64,000 nt of DNA, from the NCBI GenBank assembly GCA_000708835.1, contig DF237172.1, forward strand, positions 1-64,000, read 5' to 3'. This DNA comes from Klebsormidium nitens. Taxonomy: Eukaryota > Plantae > Klebsormidiophyceae. Shown here one piece after another: positions 1 to 11,000 of this stretch (the stretch's first letter is position 1; the number at the start of each line of letters is the position of its first letter). A program made the translations under genes and the position numbers. The notes below the pieces were generated by a model. That model saw nothing but the letters and a program-made list of their open reading frames with translations, ran no database searches and was not told the origin of the DNA.

Positions 1-183
1 TGGGGCCGCCGTGCGGTTTGGCACCCGCGCTCCGGCGACCGTCGCCAGGTATAGGAGTCCCACGTCTCCAGCTGATGAGCGTGGTGTCCTCAGATTGTTC
101 ATCCTTTTTTAGTATCTACCTAGTACCTACCGTAGTAACCGTACTGGCTTAAGTCAGATTCCCGGGCGGAATCGTTTGACGGA

Positions 184-241
184 TCGTGCCGCACCATCGA
201 AAAGAATCTGCAGCCAGATTCTTTTCGATGGTGCGGCACGA
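184..241. repeat. perfect 27-bp inverted repeat with a 4-nt loop
   Basis: 184-210 tcgtgccgcaccatcgaaaagaatctg, loop cagc, and 215-241 is the exact reverse complement. Confidence 0.97.
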
Positions 242-571
242 ACCAGGCCGCCGAACTAGGTACGAAAAGAATGCCCCGGGGCCCGTGGGATCAGCCCGAC
301 TGGACTAGAATCTAGGAACCCCATACTCCTGAGTCCTGCCGGAAAAACAAATGACCGGTTTGTCGATCCGGTGAACAGTTCCAAGTCGACCGACCAATTC
401 GCTGTAAGTGCTCGGCCTTCTGACCAGAAAATCCATGCCCATTCCCTCATCGGCAAACTTCAGTAGGTACGTACCTTGAAGACCAGACGCACATCTTGTC
501 AGAACAAGGCGGTAGAGAATTAATTCAAGCATAAATGATCACGTCACCATAATAATTCGGACACCCGGATC

Positions 572-1240
572 CAGGGGTTCTAGCAGGATTTTGCCCGGAG
601 GTGCTGTGGCGCCCCTGTGCTTCGCCCCGGGGCGCCGACCAGCTCCCCTGGGGCGCCCAAGCCTGGGCGCCAGCGCCCGGTTCAGAAGGTGTTCTGGCGG
701 AAGCTGTGTTTAACCGAGCCGATCATGGGCTGCCTCAAGAGTCAAGAGTCGAGACGTTTGTCTACGGTTCATGCAAGCAGTCGGCAGTGGGCACAATCAA
801 AGTCTAGAAGAATCCCGTGCCCCCGTATCCAGGAACAACTGCTTTTATTGAAGCATATCCTTGCAGATGAATATTGATCATAATACTTGGCTTACCTCAG
901 TTTAGGGGGCTCGACTTGGATTCCGGCCGCAGCAGTTTCAATCAAACTTTGAGCGCTTATCCCCAGCTCCTGGAAGCATATGGGCTTCCTTTCTGTCCTA
1001 ATATGTGAGGGAAAATATCCGATAATCTCTGATTGAATGCTCTGATAATCTCGATTCTCTAGATACTTAGAAGTTGGCAATCGTCTCAGAGTTCCCGGTT
1101 GAGGCGGCCTGGAATAGTTTTCCAAAAGTAGGCGGGGCCTGCAGCCCAGGGCGCTCTGGCGCCCCGGGCTTTCGCCCGGGGGCGCCAGCATTTGCCCCGG
1201 GGCGCTCTGCGCCCCGTTTGGCGCCCCGCCAGAACCCCTG
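572..1240. mobile_element. non-autonomous hAT-type DNA transposon (MITE), 669 bp
   Basis: TIRs CAGGGGTTCTAGCAG (572) and, as reverse complement, CAGGGGTTCTGGCGG (1240). 8-bp TSD cccggatc (564-571) / cccggctc (1241-1248). Clustered subterminal GGGCGC/GCGCCC motifs at both ends. No transposase ORF. Confidence 0.85.
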
Positions 1241-1331
1241 CCCGGCTCCCAACGTAGTAGGGGGCGCCGTCGGCCGGGGGGTATCAGAATTCAGTACTGT
1301 ACAGTAGTAAGTAATTAGTGGCCAGCTGCAG

Positions 1332-1342
1332 GATGCGTTTTG
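1332..1342 (+). CDS. candidate 11-nt micro-exon of the ycaC-like gene
   Basis: ctgcag|GATGCGTTTTG|gtgagt. It converts the phase-2 end of the exon ending at 48 (GAAVRFGTRAPATVA, donor gtatag) into the phase-1 start needed at 1722. Confidence 0.5.
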
Positions 1343-1608
1343 GTGAGTCGGACGTCAGCGGTGCATGATCGACATTTGGACCATGTTGCAACAATGTTCT
1401 GGCAAGACGAAAGTCACAAGTAGGTACTCCTTCAAAACTTCAAAACTTAAGTACTCCTGTACCATGTTCTCAAGTTACACTGTAAACCAATGAGCGAGGT
1501 AGCCGCAATAATCCCCTCAAGCATCAGAGCTCAACCAACACGACTGCACGAAGACGCTGAGTCCTTGAAAGAAAACGCTACCCAAGAAGATCGAAAACGC
1601 TGGGGCCT

Positions 1609-1670
1609 TGGAAGAAGACGCTACCTAACTGGAAGAAGACGCTACCCTTATACCCTGGAAGAAGACGCTA
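1609..1670 (+). repeat. short interspaced direct repeat TGGAAGAAGACGCTA x3
   Basis: Exact copies at 1609-1623, 1630-1644 and 1656-1670, with degenerate copies upstream. Confidence 0.8.
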
Positions 1671-1721
1671 GTTCCCTGCGCCCAGCTGCTGGACACGTTC
1701 CGTGACGTCAGCTCTTTGCAG

Positions 1722-4700
1722 CGATTGCCGCCCGCTTCAAGCTCGAGGACACTGCCATGGTGCTGATCGACCATCAGGTAAGTCGCAACTCGTAAGGAAG
1801 TGTACGCACCCGTTGAAAAGATTGAGTTTCTGTCTTCCTACTTTCTATCCACTCTCTAGCTTCTTGAAGAATGAGATGAATCTAGCTGGGGGTTATCGAA
1901 GTAAGAGCTTCTCTAGGAAACTCATTTCACAAGAAGGATAGTAAAACACCCACCAGGACTCTTAATGAATATAACCTTGGGGGGACAAGAAGCGGGAGCT
2001 AGCGCAACTAGGGACGAGAATTTGTGAAGCAGTACCGTCCCAAATGCTTATGCAGAATGTGGTGATCGTGACCGTCGTGTTTGGATGGGCTTCCTTTAAT
2101 TCTGCAGTACCTACAGAATCGTATATTCCTCCGTCTTTGTGGGGGAAAACATGGACGAGAGAAACGAGCAGTGGAAAGTGACGTCATGGACTGGGCCTTT
2201 GGGTGGAATCGTTGTGTTGCTTCCTTCTCGTCCAGCTGCCATGGAGTCTGTGTCATTGACATGTTGTTGTAACGCAGTACTGTAAAGAGCACGGTCGCTG
2301 TACGGTTAGGTAATTGCCGCAGATGTTGTAATGCGCCATATTGATTCAGGCTTAACGAAAGGTTTCTACAACAAAGCGGCATAACAAGTGGTACTGAAGG
2401 TGCTTCACACGGAGATTGTGAATCCCCATTGTGGGCTCAGCTAGATCTGACTCCTGACTTCTTACATATTCCAATCCTGCACGTAGTCTGTATCAGAATG
2501 CTGGGTTCTGGAAGCTTAGAGCAGAGTTTTCAGGTCTGTGCAACTCTTTGGACCACGAAACCAACGATGGCAGCCAATCTCCAAGCTCACGATGCAATTT
2601 CGCCACAAATCACCCCACAAAGATCTTTCAAGAATCAAGCTCAAGACTAGTGATGCTTTTGGAGCATTTTTGGTCTCGTTTGTTGTCAAACGGAGACAAG
2701 TTGCGTTTCCAAGCAACCGAGGGTGCTGTAGGCAGCGGCTTTGTCAGAAAGCTGTCACGTCACTAGGAGCGGGGAAGACAGATTTCCTGCCAGTAAGCCC
2801 AGGAGGAGTTACCTGGCTTCTCACTGGTGATTCACCTTCTCTCAGGGGCTCACAGTTGGGGTTCACATTCATCTTGCTTCGCCTGCCAGCCGTGCTCTTG
2901 CCGCTAGCCACGCTCCAACACACTGTTGTAAGACACAAGTTTCACAGGGATCCCACCGCACATTCTGCTTTTGGTGACCAACTTTAACCTTGTTCCATAG
3001 CATTAGGGCACCTGCTAGCTGCTTCTGAATCTCGGACCCATCATACAGTGCAATGCCAACACTTGACGGAGACTAGAGAGCGTTGGCTTAACCAAGGAAT
3101 GCGACGTCTGGTTACCTCCAAGATCTTGCTGTTAAAGATTGATCACTTTTTCTCAATCTGCATTTCTGTCATTCACAGGAAGCTAGGCTGCTAACCAGAT
3201 TCGCTAACCAATCGTCAGCATGGTTCTTTGACCAATAACGGCGTTACAGCCATGTTAAAAACCTGGTCACTGCTCGAGTCTAGTTCTTGGACAGTTGACC
3301 AGCTTCGAACCAGCCCGTGACCGACTATGGTTAAATAGCCAAAAAACCCTGTGATTCTCCAGGTGGGCACCTGTAGCTGGATCAACTCCATCGACCAGAA
3401 GACGCTTCTCAAGAACACCGTCATCCTGGCCAAGTTCGCCGCCGCGACCGGCATGCCCACCGTGCTGACGTCATCCATGGAGACCAACGTGCAGGGTGCG
3501 TAATCGAATCCGACCTGACGCCCCATTCGTTTGTCGGTCTGTGTATCTCTGCGTTATCCTGTACACGTTTATTAAGAAGCTCTCCTTTTGGGTGGGTTCT
3601 GAGATCAGCCAGTGTTGGCAGGCCTTCTTTTCAAATGTAGTGCATTCTCTTGAAGGAGATTTGCAGCCGAGGCATGAGTGCGGTTGCACGTAACCAGAGT
3701 CTCGCAGCGGGTCACCGAAGTCTGGTTCTTCCAAAACGGACCTGAAACTTAGCAATAACCAGGTCTGGTTATTGGGTCATCAAGGCCTGATTAGCGCCGC
3801 TAACCAGAGCGGCCTGGCTAGGGTCTGGCCAAGAGCTGGTTAGCAAGCCTGGTTAGCAAGACTGGTTTAGCCAAAATTTACCTGAAGGCGAATATGTGGG
3901 CACGCTCACGAAGTCGTCGCCCGATTGTGGGGCCTCTGCTTTGATTCGGTCTCTCGTTTTGGGCTTTTTCACAGCAGCCTTTCAATGTCCTTCTAGCCAC
4001 AAAACCTTAGGCTCGGGAGAGGCTAACCAGTCGACAAGAGACAGACTTTTCCCCTCGCCGTTACAAGCACTCAGACTTGTGCTTAAATCCAACTTCAAGT
4101 CAGTTTTACACCAACGCCTGTCCCGATCGGATCGCACTTGTGATGCAGATTTGCTGCCCCTTTTCTCCAACGCCAGGCTTCAGTAAATATTCCTTGTGTA
4201 AGCCCTCACGCGACTGCTCCGCTTCGAGACTCATTGGTTACTTGTGACTTAAAATTCTCATCCAAATATCTACTCGTCGTGGTTTGTCGAGCACCTACCT
4301 ATGCCGAGTCATCTCCTTGACGTCGCGCCCGCCTCTGAACGGTTCCTATCGACTGCTCTGGCACGACCCTCTTTGCGTTTTGGGTCCCAAGACGAAACTC
4401 GTAAATGCAACTGGTGTCTAATGATGATTGATCGGACTCGTTTATGAATCCTTCATCTGTTAGTAGTGCCAGAATCAACCCAACTAAGAGTCGGACATGA
4501 AACTTAAGACGGTCAACTCGTCATGGCCAGTGGCTTCGTTATTTAGTCATTTGACTTCCCCTACTTCGAGTGTCGACCCAGTCCTTAACTCGAATCCGGC
4601 ATCTGACGTCACACTTCCTCGTTTCCTCGCAGGCCTGCTCCTGCCCGAGATCCAGGAGGCCCTGTCCGACGCCTACGAGAAGCGCGTGAAGCGCGTGGGC

Positions 4701-7201
4701 GTCGTCAACGCCTGGGACGACGAGGCCTTCACGGCCGCGGTGCGCGCCACCGGCAAGCGCAACCTCGTCATGGCCGGCGCGACCACTGACGTGTGCCTCG
4801 TGCCGCCCGCCACGTCAGCAGTGCTCGAGGGCTTCAACGTGCAGGCGAGTCGCGTTCCTGCGCTCTCAAGAAAGATGATATAAGCTCCGACCAACACTAG
4901 AAATCTAACCCAAAAAGACCCCTGCTCCGACCCAGACCCACCCTAATCAACAAACTAATTCTACCCGTCCCAGTGCGGTCACCTTATCGTTATTTCGGCT
5001 TGTTATTGTCTTTCTTGAGCTCAATTCGCGTTCCTGCGTTCTTGAGACCTTGAACGAATTAAGCGGGGTCGAGGAGAATTAGTAATTTGGGGACCGGGGC
5101 CGGGGATGCAGTTGGAAGGGCTGACGTGGCGGCTTTAGGGGCGAAACCCTAGGCGAGGCTCGTTTCGAACAGTCGGATATCGAGTAGCCCCCGTTCAAAA
5201 CCCTGACCCCCGCCACGTCACCTCTTCCAACAGCGTGCTGCAATTACAGATTCTTCTTGAATGCGCTCTGATTGACGAGAGAATGGATCAGGAAAGCAGG
5301 GACGTCGAACAATCTTCGATGCCGTCGTGCCGCCCGCCACGTCAGCAGTCCTCGAGGGCTTCAACGTGCAGACGAGCGTCGATCTGATGAGTCGGACAGC
5401 TGAAGTGGTGACTAACACGAACAGAATTGGGATCAGGTGCTTTCTGTAGCTACGAAATTGGCACCCTGAGCTTCCACTGGTGCTTCGAGTCATGCTTTCA
5501 GACCGTCAAAAGAAGTCAATGCTGGCAGTTAAAAGCGCGCACGGAAATCTGCAGTCCTCAAACCGATGAACCGACTTTACACCAGTCTCGTCACGACCAT
5601 AACGCCATTCGATCAGAACGGCACTCTAAACGAGCATCTATCACCCGAAAAGAGACTTCGCGGCCCGACTGACCCACGAGCGCAGTCATGACGCTTGCTT
5701 TTGGCGTCTCGCTTTTTCGGACAAATCCCCGACTTTCTCGCCCGGCCTGGTTCGCACTTCTTCAATGAGATGCTTCATCATTCCATCGTTAACGCCAGTT
5801 CCGACGTAGATACTGGAGCATGAGGGCGGGATCATTGGAACGGTTGCTAGATTTTCACCACGGAATCACGCAAGGAAGTAACCTGCCTCTTTAACACAGG
5901 GTTTGTTGGACGCTTAATGGTAGTTGGTATGAGCTGGTCGGAAGCTGGTGACGTCATCAGTGAGCAGACTCGAGCAGAACTAACATGGTCACAGCCGGGT
6001 TATTGGTCGTTGAAGCGAACTCAAGTCTGGTTCCGCAGCGTGGTTAGTAGCCAAACCCTTCCTTGTTACACGTTGCAGGCCGTCTTGGATGCGTCCGGCT
6101 CCCAGACCGTCATGGAGGACCAAACGGCGTGGAAGCGCATGGAGAAAGCGAACGTCAGGTGGGCACCTCTGCCAAAAGCGTCCAAAGAATTAACTCTCGG
6201 TTATCATTCTTAGAGTGGAAGTGAGGCCCGTGAAGAAAAGGATAATTAAAACCGGGGAGAGAGAAAGTAGAACCCTGACCTAAATGCCCACACGCTTCGC
6301 AAACCTATTCCACCTCAAACTACTCCCTGTCTCCCGGGCATGGCGTTATTATCTAGACGGCCTTTGAGGCATACATCGAGAGATTTCCATTAAAAACCCA
6401 ACCATGTATCCATTACTGTTTGGATACAAGTGACTCTGACGCATTTCGTCGGACCGTTTGATGAAAGAGGTCGCCTATTGAAGCGTTCAAACGAAGATTA
6501 GAGAACGAAAGAATATTGGTCGAAGGAGGACCCGGAACTACGATCAGTAACTAGGAGTGACTCGCAACACGAGGATCATCATCCAAGTCTCAGCTTTGTC
6601 GAAGCAAGACTTTTTCTTGGCTCGCTATTCTCACGAGCTTCTTCACTTAACCCTTTTATACACGAGGATTCGGATCACCCGACCTACACCGATTCCACTG
6701 CCCACTGAAAGCGTGCTCTGGGGACAGTTTGACAAACGCATCGCACAATACTGTTCCCAAAGCGTCTTTCTACTGGGGGTTTCTCGTTTAGCCTTTGGGC
6801 ATCTTCTGCTTGGAAGCTGGAAGGCATGAGAGCATCCTTCGACCATCTTAGCGAGACGGGACCGACCCGGCTTTGTGTTTTGGAGTATGAAAGCAGGGTT
6901 CGACAATCAATCACGGAATCTCCAAACGCAAAGACGTGGAACGGGTTGGCCCAGTGATTGTGGGCTAGGTAAAGACATTTCCTATCAAAGAAGCCAAGGA
7001 AAGAAAAGGGAAAAATAGTTTCAACCGTTCCATATTCAAGTAATTGGGTGGGAATACTAGCGGCCCTGGTGTCCGATCAGTACTGACCATTCGCACGTCC
7101 GCAGGCTGACCACCACCAATGCCATCGTGTCCGAGCTGGTCTACAATTGGGCCACCCCGGCGGGCCAGGCTGGCTTTGGCCTCCTCGCCCCTGGATCGTA
7201 A
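1722..7201 (+). CDS. ycaC: YcaC-like isochorismatase/cysteine-hydrolase family protein (multi-exon; 5' end incomplete)
   Basis: In-phase exons 1722-1777, 3363-3495, 4633-4844, 6079-6158, 7105-7201 (TAA). They translate to ...RFKLEDTAMVLIDHQVGTCSWINSIDQKTLLKNTVILAKFAAATGMPTVLTSSMETNVQG...KRVGVVNAWDDEAF...MAGATTDVCL...AVLDASGS...LTTTNAIVSELVYNWATPAG. The LIDHQ, R..VNAWD and TDVC motifs match the YcaC Asp-Arg-Cys triad. Possible upstream exons: <1-48 and 1332-1342. Confidence 0.92.
3183..3333 (+). repeat. dispersed 'GCTAACCAG' repeat family, copy 1
   Basis: Shares ordered motifs (gctgctaaccag...gaccaataac...ccatgtta...ctgctcgagtct...cttcgaaccagcccgtgacc) with the copies at 3691-3872, 5915-6052 and 45228-45378. 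Confidence 0.65.
3691..3872 (-). repeat. 'GCTAACCAG' repeat family, copy 2 (inverted relative to copy 1)
   Basis: Reverse complement reads ttgctaaccaggcttgctaaccag...gacccaataacc...aaccagacttcgg...gactctggtta. Confidence 0.6.
4865..5019 (-). mobile_element. G-run-core fold-back element, arm type c
   Basis: Ends CTCAAGAAAGA...TCTTTCTTGAG. Core 4896-4969 (reverse complement gacgggtagaattag...attagggtgggtctgggtcggagcagggg...ttgggttag) aligns by eye along its length with 40832-41007. Confidence 0.75.
5108..5234. repeat. small fold-back with 25-bp imperfect inverted arms
   Basis: 5108-5132 gcagttggaagggctgacgtggcgg versus the reverse complement of 5210-5234, gctgttggaagaggtgacgtggcgg (3 mismatches). 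Confidence 0.75.
5325..5371 (+). repeat. intronic copy of the last 47 nt of the preceding ycaC exon
   Basis: 46/47 identical to 4798-4844. Followed by acgagc instead of the gcgagt donor. Confidence 0.95.
5915..6052 (-). repeat. 'GCTAACCAG' repeat family, copy 3
   Basis: Reverse complement reads ggctactaacca...gaccaataac...ccatgtta...ctgctcgagtct...ccagcttccgaccagctc. Confidence 0.65.
6266..6338 (-). mobile_element. degenerate core of the G-run fold-back family
   Basis: Reverse complement cccgggagacagggagtag...taggtttgcgaagcgtgtgggcatttaggtcagggttcta resembles the core of 17264-17456, including the cccggg flank. Confidence 0.45.
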
Positions 7202-8037
7202 ATAGCTGAATCGCTAAATTAATAGCAAGAGCTGCCACATGTCAAAAATTGGTGCCAGGAGCACCTTGTCACTGGTTCTTACCGGTCTGGACACTCCCCT
7301 GCCTAGAGCTCAAGCACTCACCTCCATAGTTGGATCAACCGGCCGGGCTAAGTTAACAATAGCCGACTTCCATGTGCACTGAAGTTTCGAGCTGCAGGGT
7401 GGGCTTTGAAGATCGTTCCTATTCTTGGATACATGCAATTCTGGATCCATTTTTGGCCTTCAAAAGACCATAGGTTCATTGGACACGGATTTGGATAAAG
7501 TTGTGTTTGTGGCGCAATTGATGTGCGCGCTACTCGACTTGGAGCATGCATTGTTGTCGATCTATGTGAGTGCCAATCGCCATACAGTGATGCACGCATG
7601 TGCAATCCGCAACAATGAACGTTGATAAAATCAATTAGTATGTAAGAGATCAAGTCCACTTTCGCTTACAACATCGAAGAAGCCGGACAATTAGCAAAGA
7701 GGCTTGCACGCGAGGCAGCTGTAGTGAGTCAAATTAGATACCGCATGATACTCACGTACATATGATATACCTATGGCAATCAGAAAAGGACATGGCATCA
7801 CCTCACTTCGTTGGAGACATCTGGTTAATTCGAGCGTGCTCGATTGATCCGACACGTATCGCGTGGAATGCTTTGACTGCTGGTTAGTTGAATACGGATA
7901 AAACCGCGGGATTCCCGGCTAGCATGAGTGAGCAGATTGGGAACCTCGGATACCATAAACGGAATCAAGCCTATCTGTATCTTACATGTGTGTTCACATA
8001 CCAAGCTCTTGCAACTCTCCAAGTTTCCACCACCGAC

Positions 8038-11000
8038 CTAAGCCCCAGCCAAACGCAGCTTCTCGTAGGCTTGATCTTTTGGACCCGACAGAGACTGATG
8101 CAGATAGCTTTGTTGGATGCGCCGCCGCCTTTCCCGTTTTGCTTGCACCCAAGCCGGCACCTGAAACGGCAAATAAAAAGTTGTGAGCATCCTGTTGCAT
8201 TGATGAAAGGGAAGGGTTCGAATATGGCCGTTAAACATGCACCATGATTGGGGCTACAAACGACTACCAGATTTGCGGCTGACAACTGATCCCTCGGATG
8301 CTCAAAGTACCGAGTCAGAAGGCATCGCATGTCATGGCTACTCGTTCCCGTCAAGACAAAGGAAAAGACTTGCTCTTCTTATTGCGGTCTAGCAGTCAAA
8401 GAGGCTCCATATGTTAGCAAGGCAAGATCTGCGCTACAGTACGTGCTCCCGGGCAGAATCAATGAAGAAATGCGCAATACTTGCAAAGATCGAGCCTTGC
8501 TTACAATCAGATGGCTGAACAAGAGCTCGAGTCTGTCGACAGTTACAATCCAATCGACTGCTTTTAATCATATCCGCAAGAAAAGTCTCATACAAGATCT
8601 GCGAGTCAAATTCTTGAACGTGGACCGAAAGAGGCGTAGAAATCTTAGCGCCAGCAGCAAGTCGGTGACCGACTTTCAAGCAGTAAAGGACACTTTATAG
8701 AGCTTTGACGCCAGCCGACTGAGCTGAAAGACTGCACTGGCCGAGCGCGGCTGAAGGGGAATGACGCAAGCGTGGCTGACTGACGGGGGAAAGCACCAGG
8801 GTGGATATACTAGTGAGCATACAGCATCCGCAAGCCGGCCAAGTGAGCAGAAGCATGTGCCAGCGGCGCACGTTCGAAAAGAGAAAGAGGCAGAATCGAC
8901 AGATTGACCGGGGGAAGGAACCAGGCGACGACTCACTAGTGAGCACATAACATTCGCAAGCCGCAGAAAGATGTGCCAAGGGAGCACGGCCAAACAGATA
9001 TGACAGACTGACCGGAGGAATGAACCAGGCGAGGGAGTTGCGTGCGAGCAGCAGCAAATGCTCCACGATGAGCAGGACAAGCAGGCCCGGGTCGATCCGC
9101 CACGTCTTCTGTTCGTCGTAGATGACGACGAGGAGCAAACAGTTGCTGACGATCGCAATGACGCCCAAGTACTACGGGGAGCAAACCAGTGCAGCGGGTT
9201 AAGCGCTTCAGGAGCCCGGGTAGGCGCACCGTATTTGTGAAAAAAAACCCGTTTATTTGAGTGACTTTTGGCAGAACTGCTGCGGATTGTGGACAGCATA
9301 TTTTCTCAAATTGCCCGTGCATATTAAAGCATGGACCTGTGGGCCGTCGACAATCGCATCCAGGCGAGTTCAGATTTCGACATTCCCAATCATCAATGCC
9401 CGCACCTGGAAGAAGTTGAAAGTAGATACGCCTTCAATGGGCCTCTTACCAAACACCGAGAAGGATATTCTATAAGATCTACTAGGTTCTGAGAAGAGGC
9501 TTTCCTATCAAAGAAGCTCTTGTGTTCGATAAGCAAACCTCTGGACGAAGTACCTGGAAGATATTGAGCCACGCGCCGATCGACGCGACCCGGTGCGGCA
9601 CCGGCCGCCGCATGGTGCACGCCAGCTTGAACGAGTCGCTTCGGATCTCCGCCAGATTGTTGACCAGCGCAAAGAGCGCAACGAGCGGGAACGCCCCCGC
9701 AAACATGGTAACGACGCCGAACTGGAGCGCGAGTTCCAGAAAATCGTCGAAAGTGCCGTCGTATGCGCCGCCGCCGATGCTCGCCACGTAAGCCGGCATG
9801 TGGGACTCCCGCTCGACGCGGGACGCGGACGAGCGGCTGGCCTTCTCTTTGGTCTCTCTTTTCTCGGCTTGCTCCTCCCTGCAGAGGGAAAAGCGAAGAA
9901 GTCGGTGGAAGGTTTTTAAGGGGAAGTAGTGAGGTGGAAGGGAAAGGGGAGCGAGGACTTGCGGGAGGGTTTGGGATAAAGATTTCGATGGATAAAACAT
10001 GCGTCCGCTGCAAGACCATCTCGATGTTTCAATTCGTGCAGAAGGAGGTGGATGGAATCTAGGTATGGTGGTGGCTTTTCGAAATGGAGCGTTTTCCCGG
10101 CATTCATTGTAATTTCAGTCAGATTAAAATCGATAACAAATAGTTGATCCTTTCTGCTCTGTTAAAACAATGTGCTTTTGGACCGGATGTACAAATTGAT
10201 TACTGTTGACACCAGCTCGCTCTTGGAAGGTCGTGAATTTCCAATCACGCCGTCAATCAACGTCCAGAACGCGCCTCTCGACGCGACGATTGCTACCCAT
10301 CCTTTTCCAGACCATGTCGAATTATTTTGACCGTAACTAAGCAGAAAAAACACAAAGATCTCGGACTTCATTCGCGAGCTCCATTTCTCGAGCTCCATCC
10401 ATGGTGCAAAGCTGCTGGACCAGTCCTTGCCACCGGCTAAGCAACGAGATTTTCAGAGCAGCGACTCACTGTCGGGCCTTCCGCTCGCTCATGTAGAAGG
10501 TAAAGATCGGCACGCCCACCTCCGTGATGTTCTGGATGATCTGCAAAGTCGCAACAAGACTTGCCTGATCAATTCTCGATCTTTTGGGAAACAAGTCTCG
10601 CCAAGTCGAGCTTCCGTAGACGAGCAAACGCTACAAGCTTCTGACAATTTTACACGCATGCCCACCCAGAATCCTAAGTGGATTTTGACCTACAGTGTCT
10701 TTCCATCAACCCATAACTTGGAATCGTTGGTGCTTGGCCCGCCAGGATCAAGACAGACGAACCGTTTGCCAATTAAGTGAGTCTTGTCTATGAAGTCGCC
10801 CGCTTCCATTGCGTTGGGTTCGCTGTTCAGTTCTTCATCCTAAGATCTGCTTGCACGCAATTTAGCGAAGTTTCAAATTCTGCCATACATGCTGCAAAAC
10901 ACATGCGCACGCCTCCCGATGCTTGTTGACTTGCTTGCCCCCAACGGGTTGAAGAGGGCCGCATCGTCGTTCTTTATCCAAGGCGCCCTCGAGCGGAGAG

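Noticed and set aside
126-1313. Possible older outer TIR pair (about 126-165 versus 1272-1313) around the hAT MITE
   Set aside because: The similarity is patchy and low-complexity, with no TSD.
1609-1670. Interspaced 15-bp repeats resembling a mini-CRISPR
   Set aside because: Eukaryotic intron, repeats too short, spacers of 6 and 11 nt, no cas genes.
3360-6168. 13-nt identity caggtgggcacct at an acceptor (3360) and a donor (6156)
   Set aside because: Partly explained by the splice consensus CAGGT; too short to separate from chance.
10162-10398. ORF containing FWTLIDG, resembling an anoctamin segment
   Set aside because: No usable splice sites or phase, and the position is already filled by 10470-10540.
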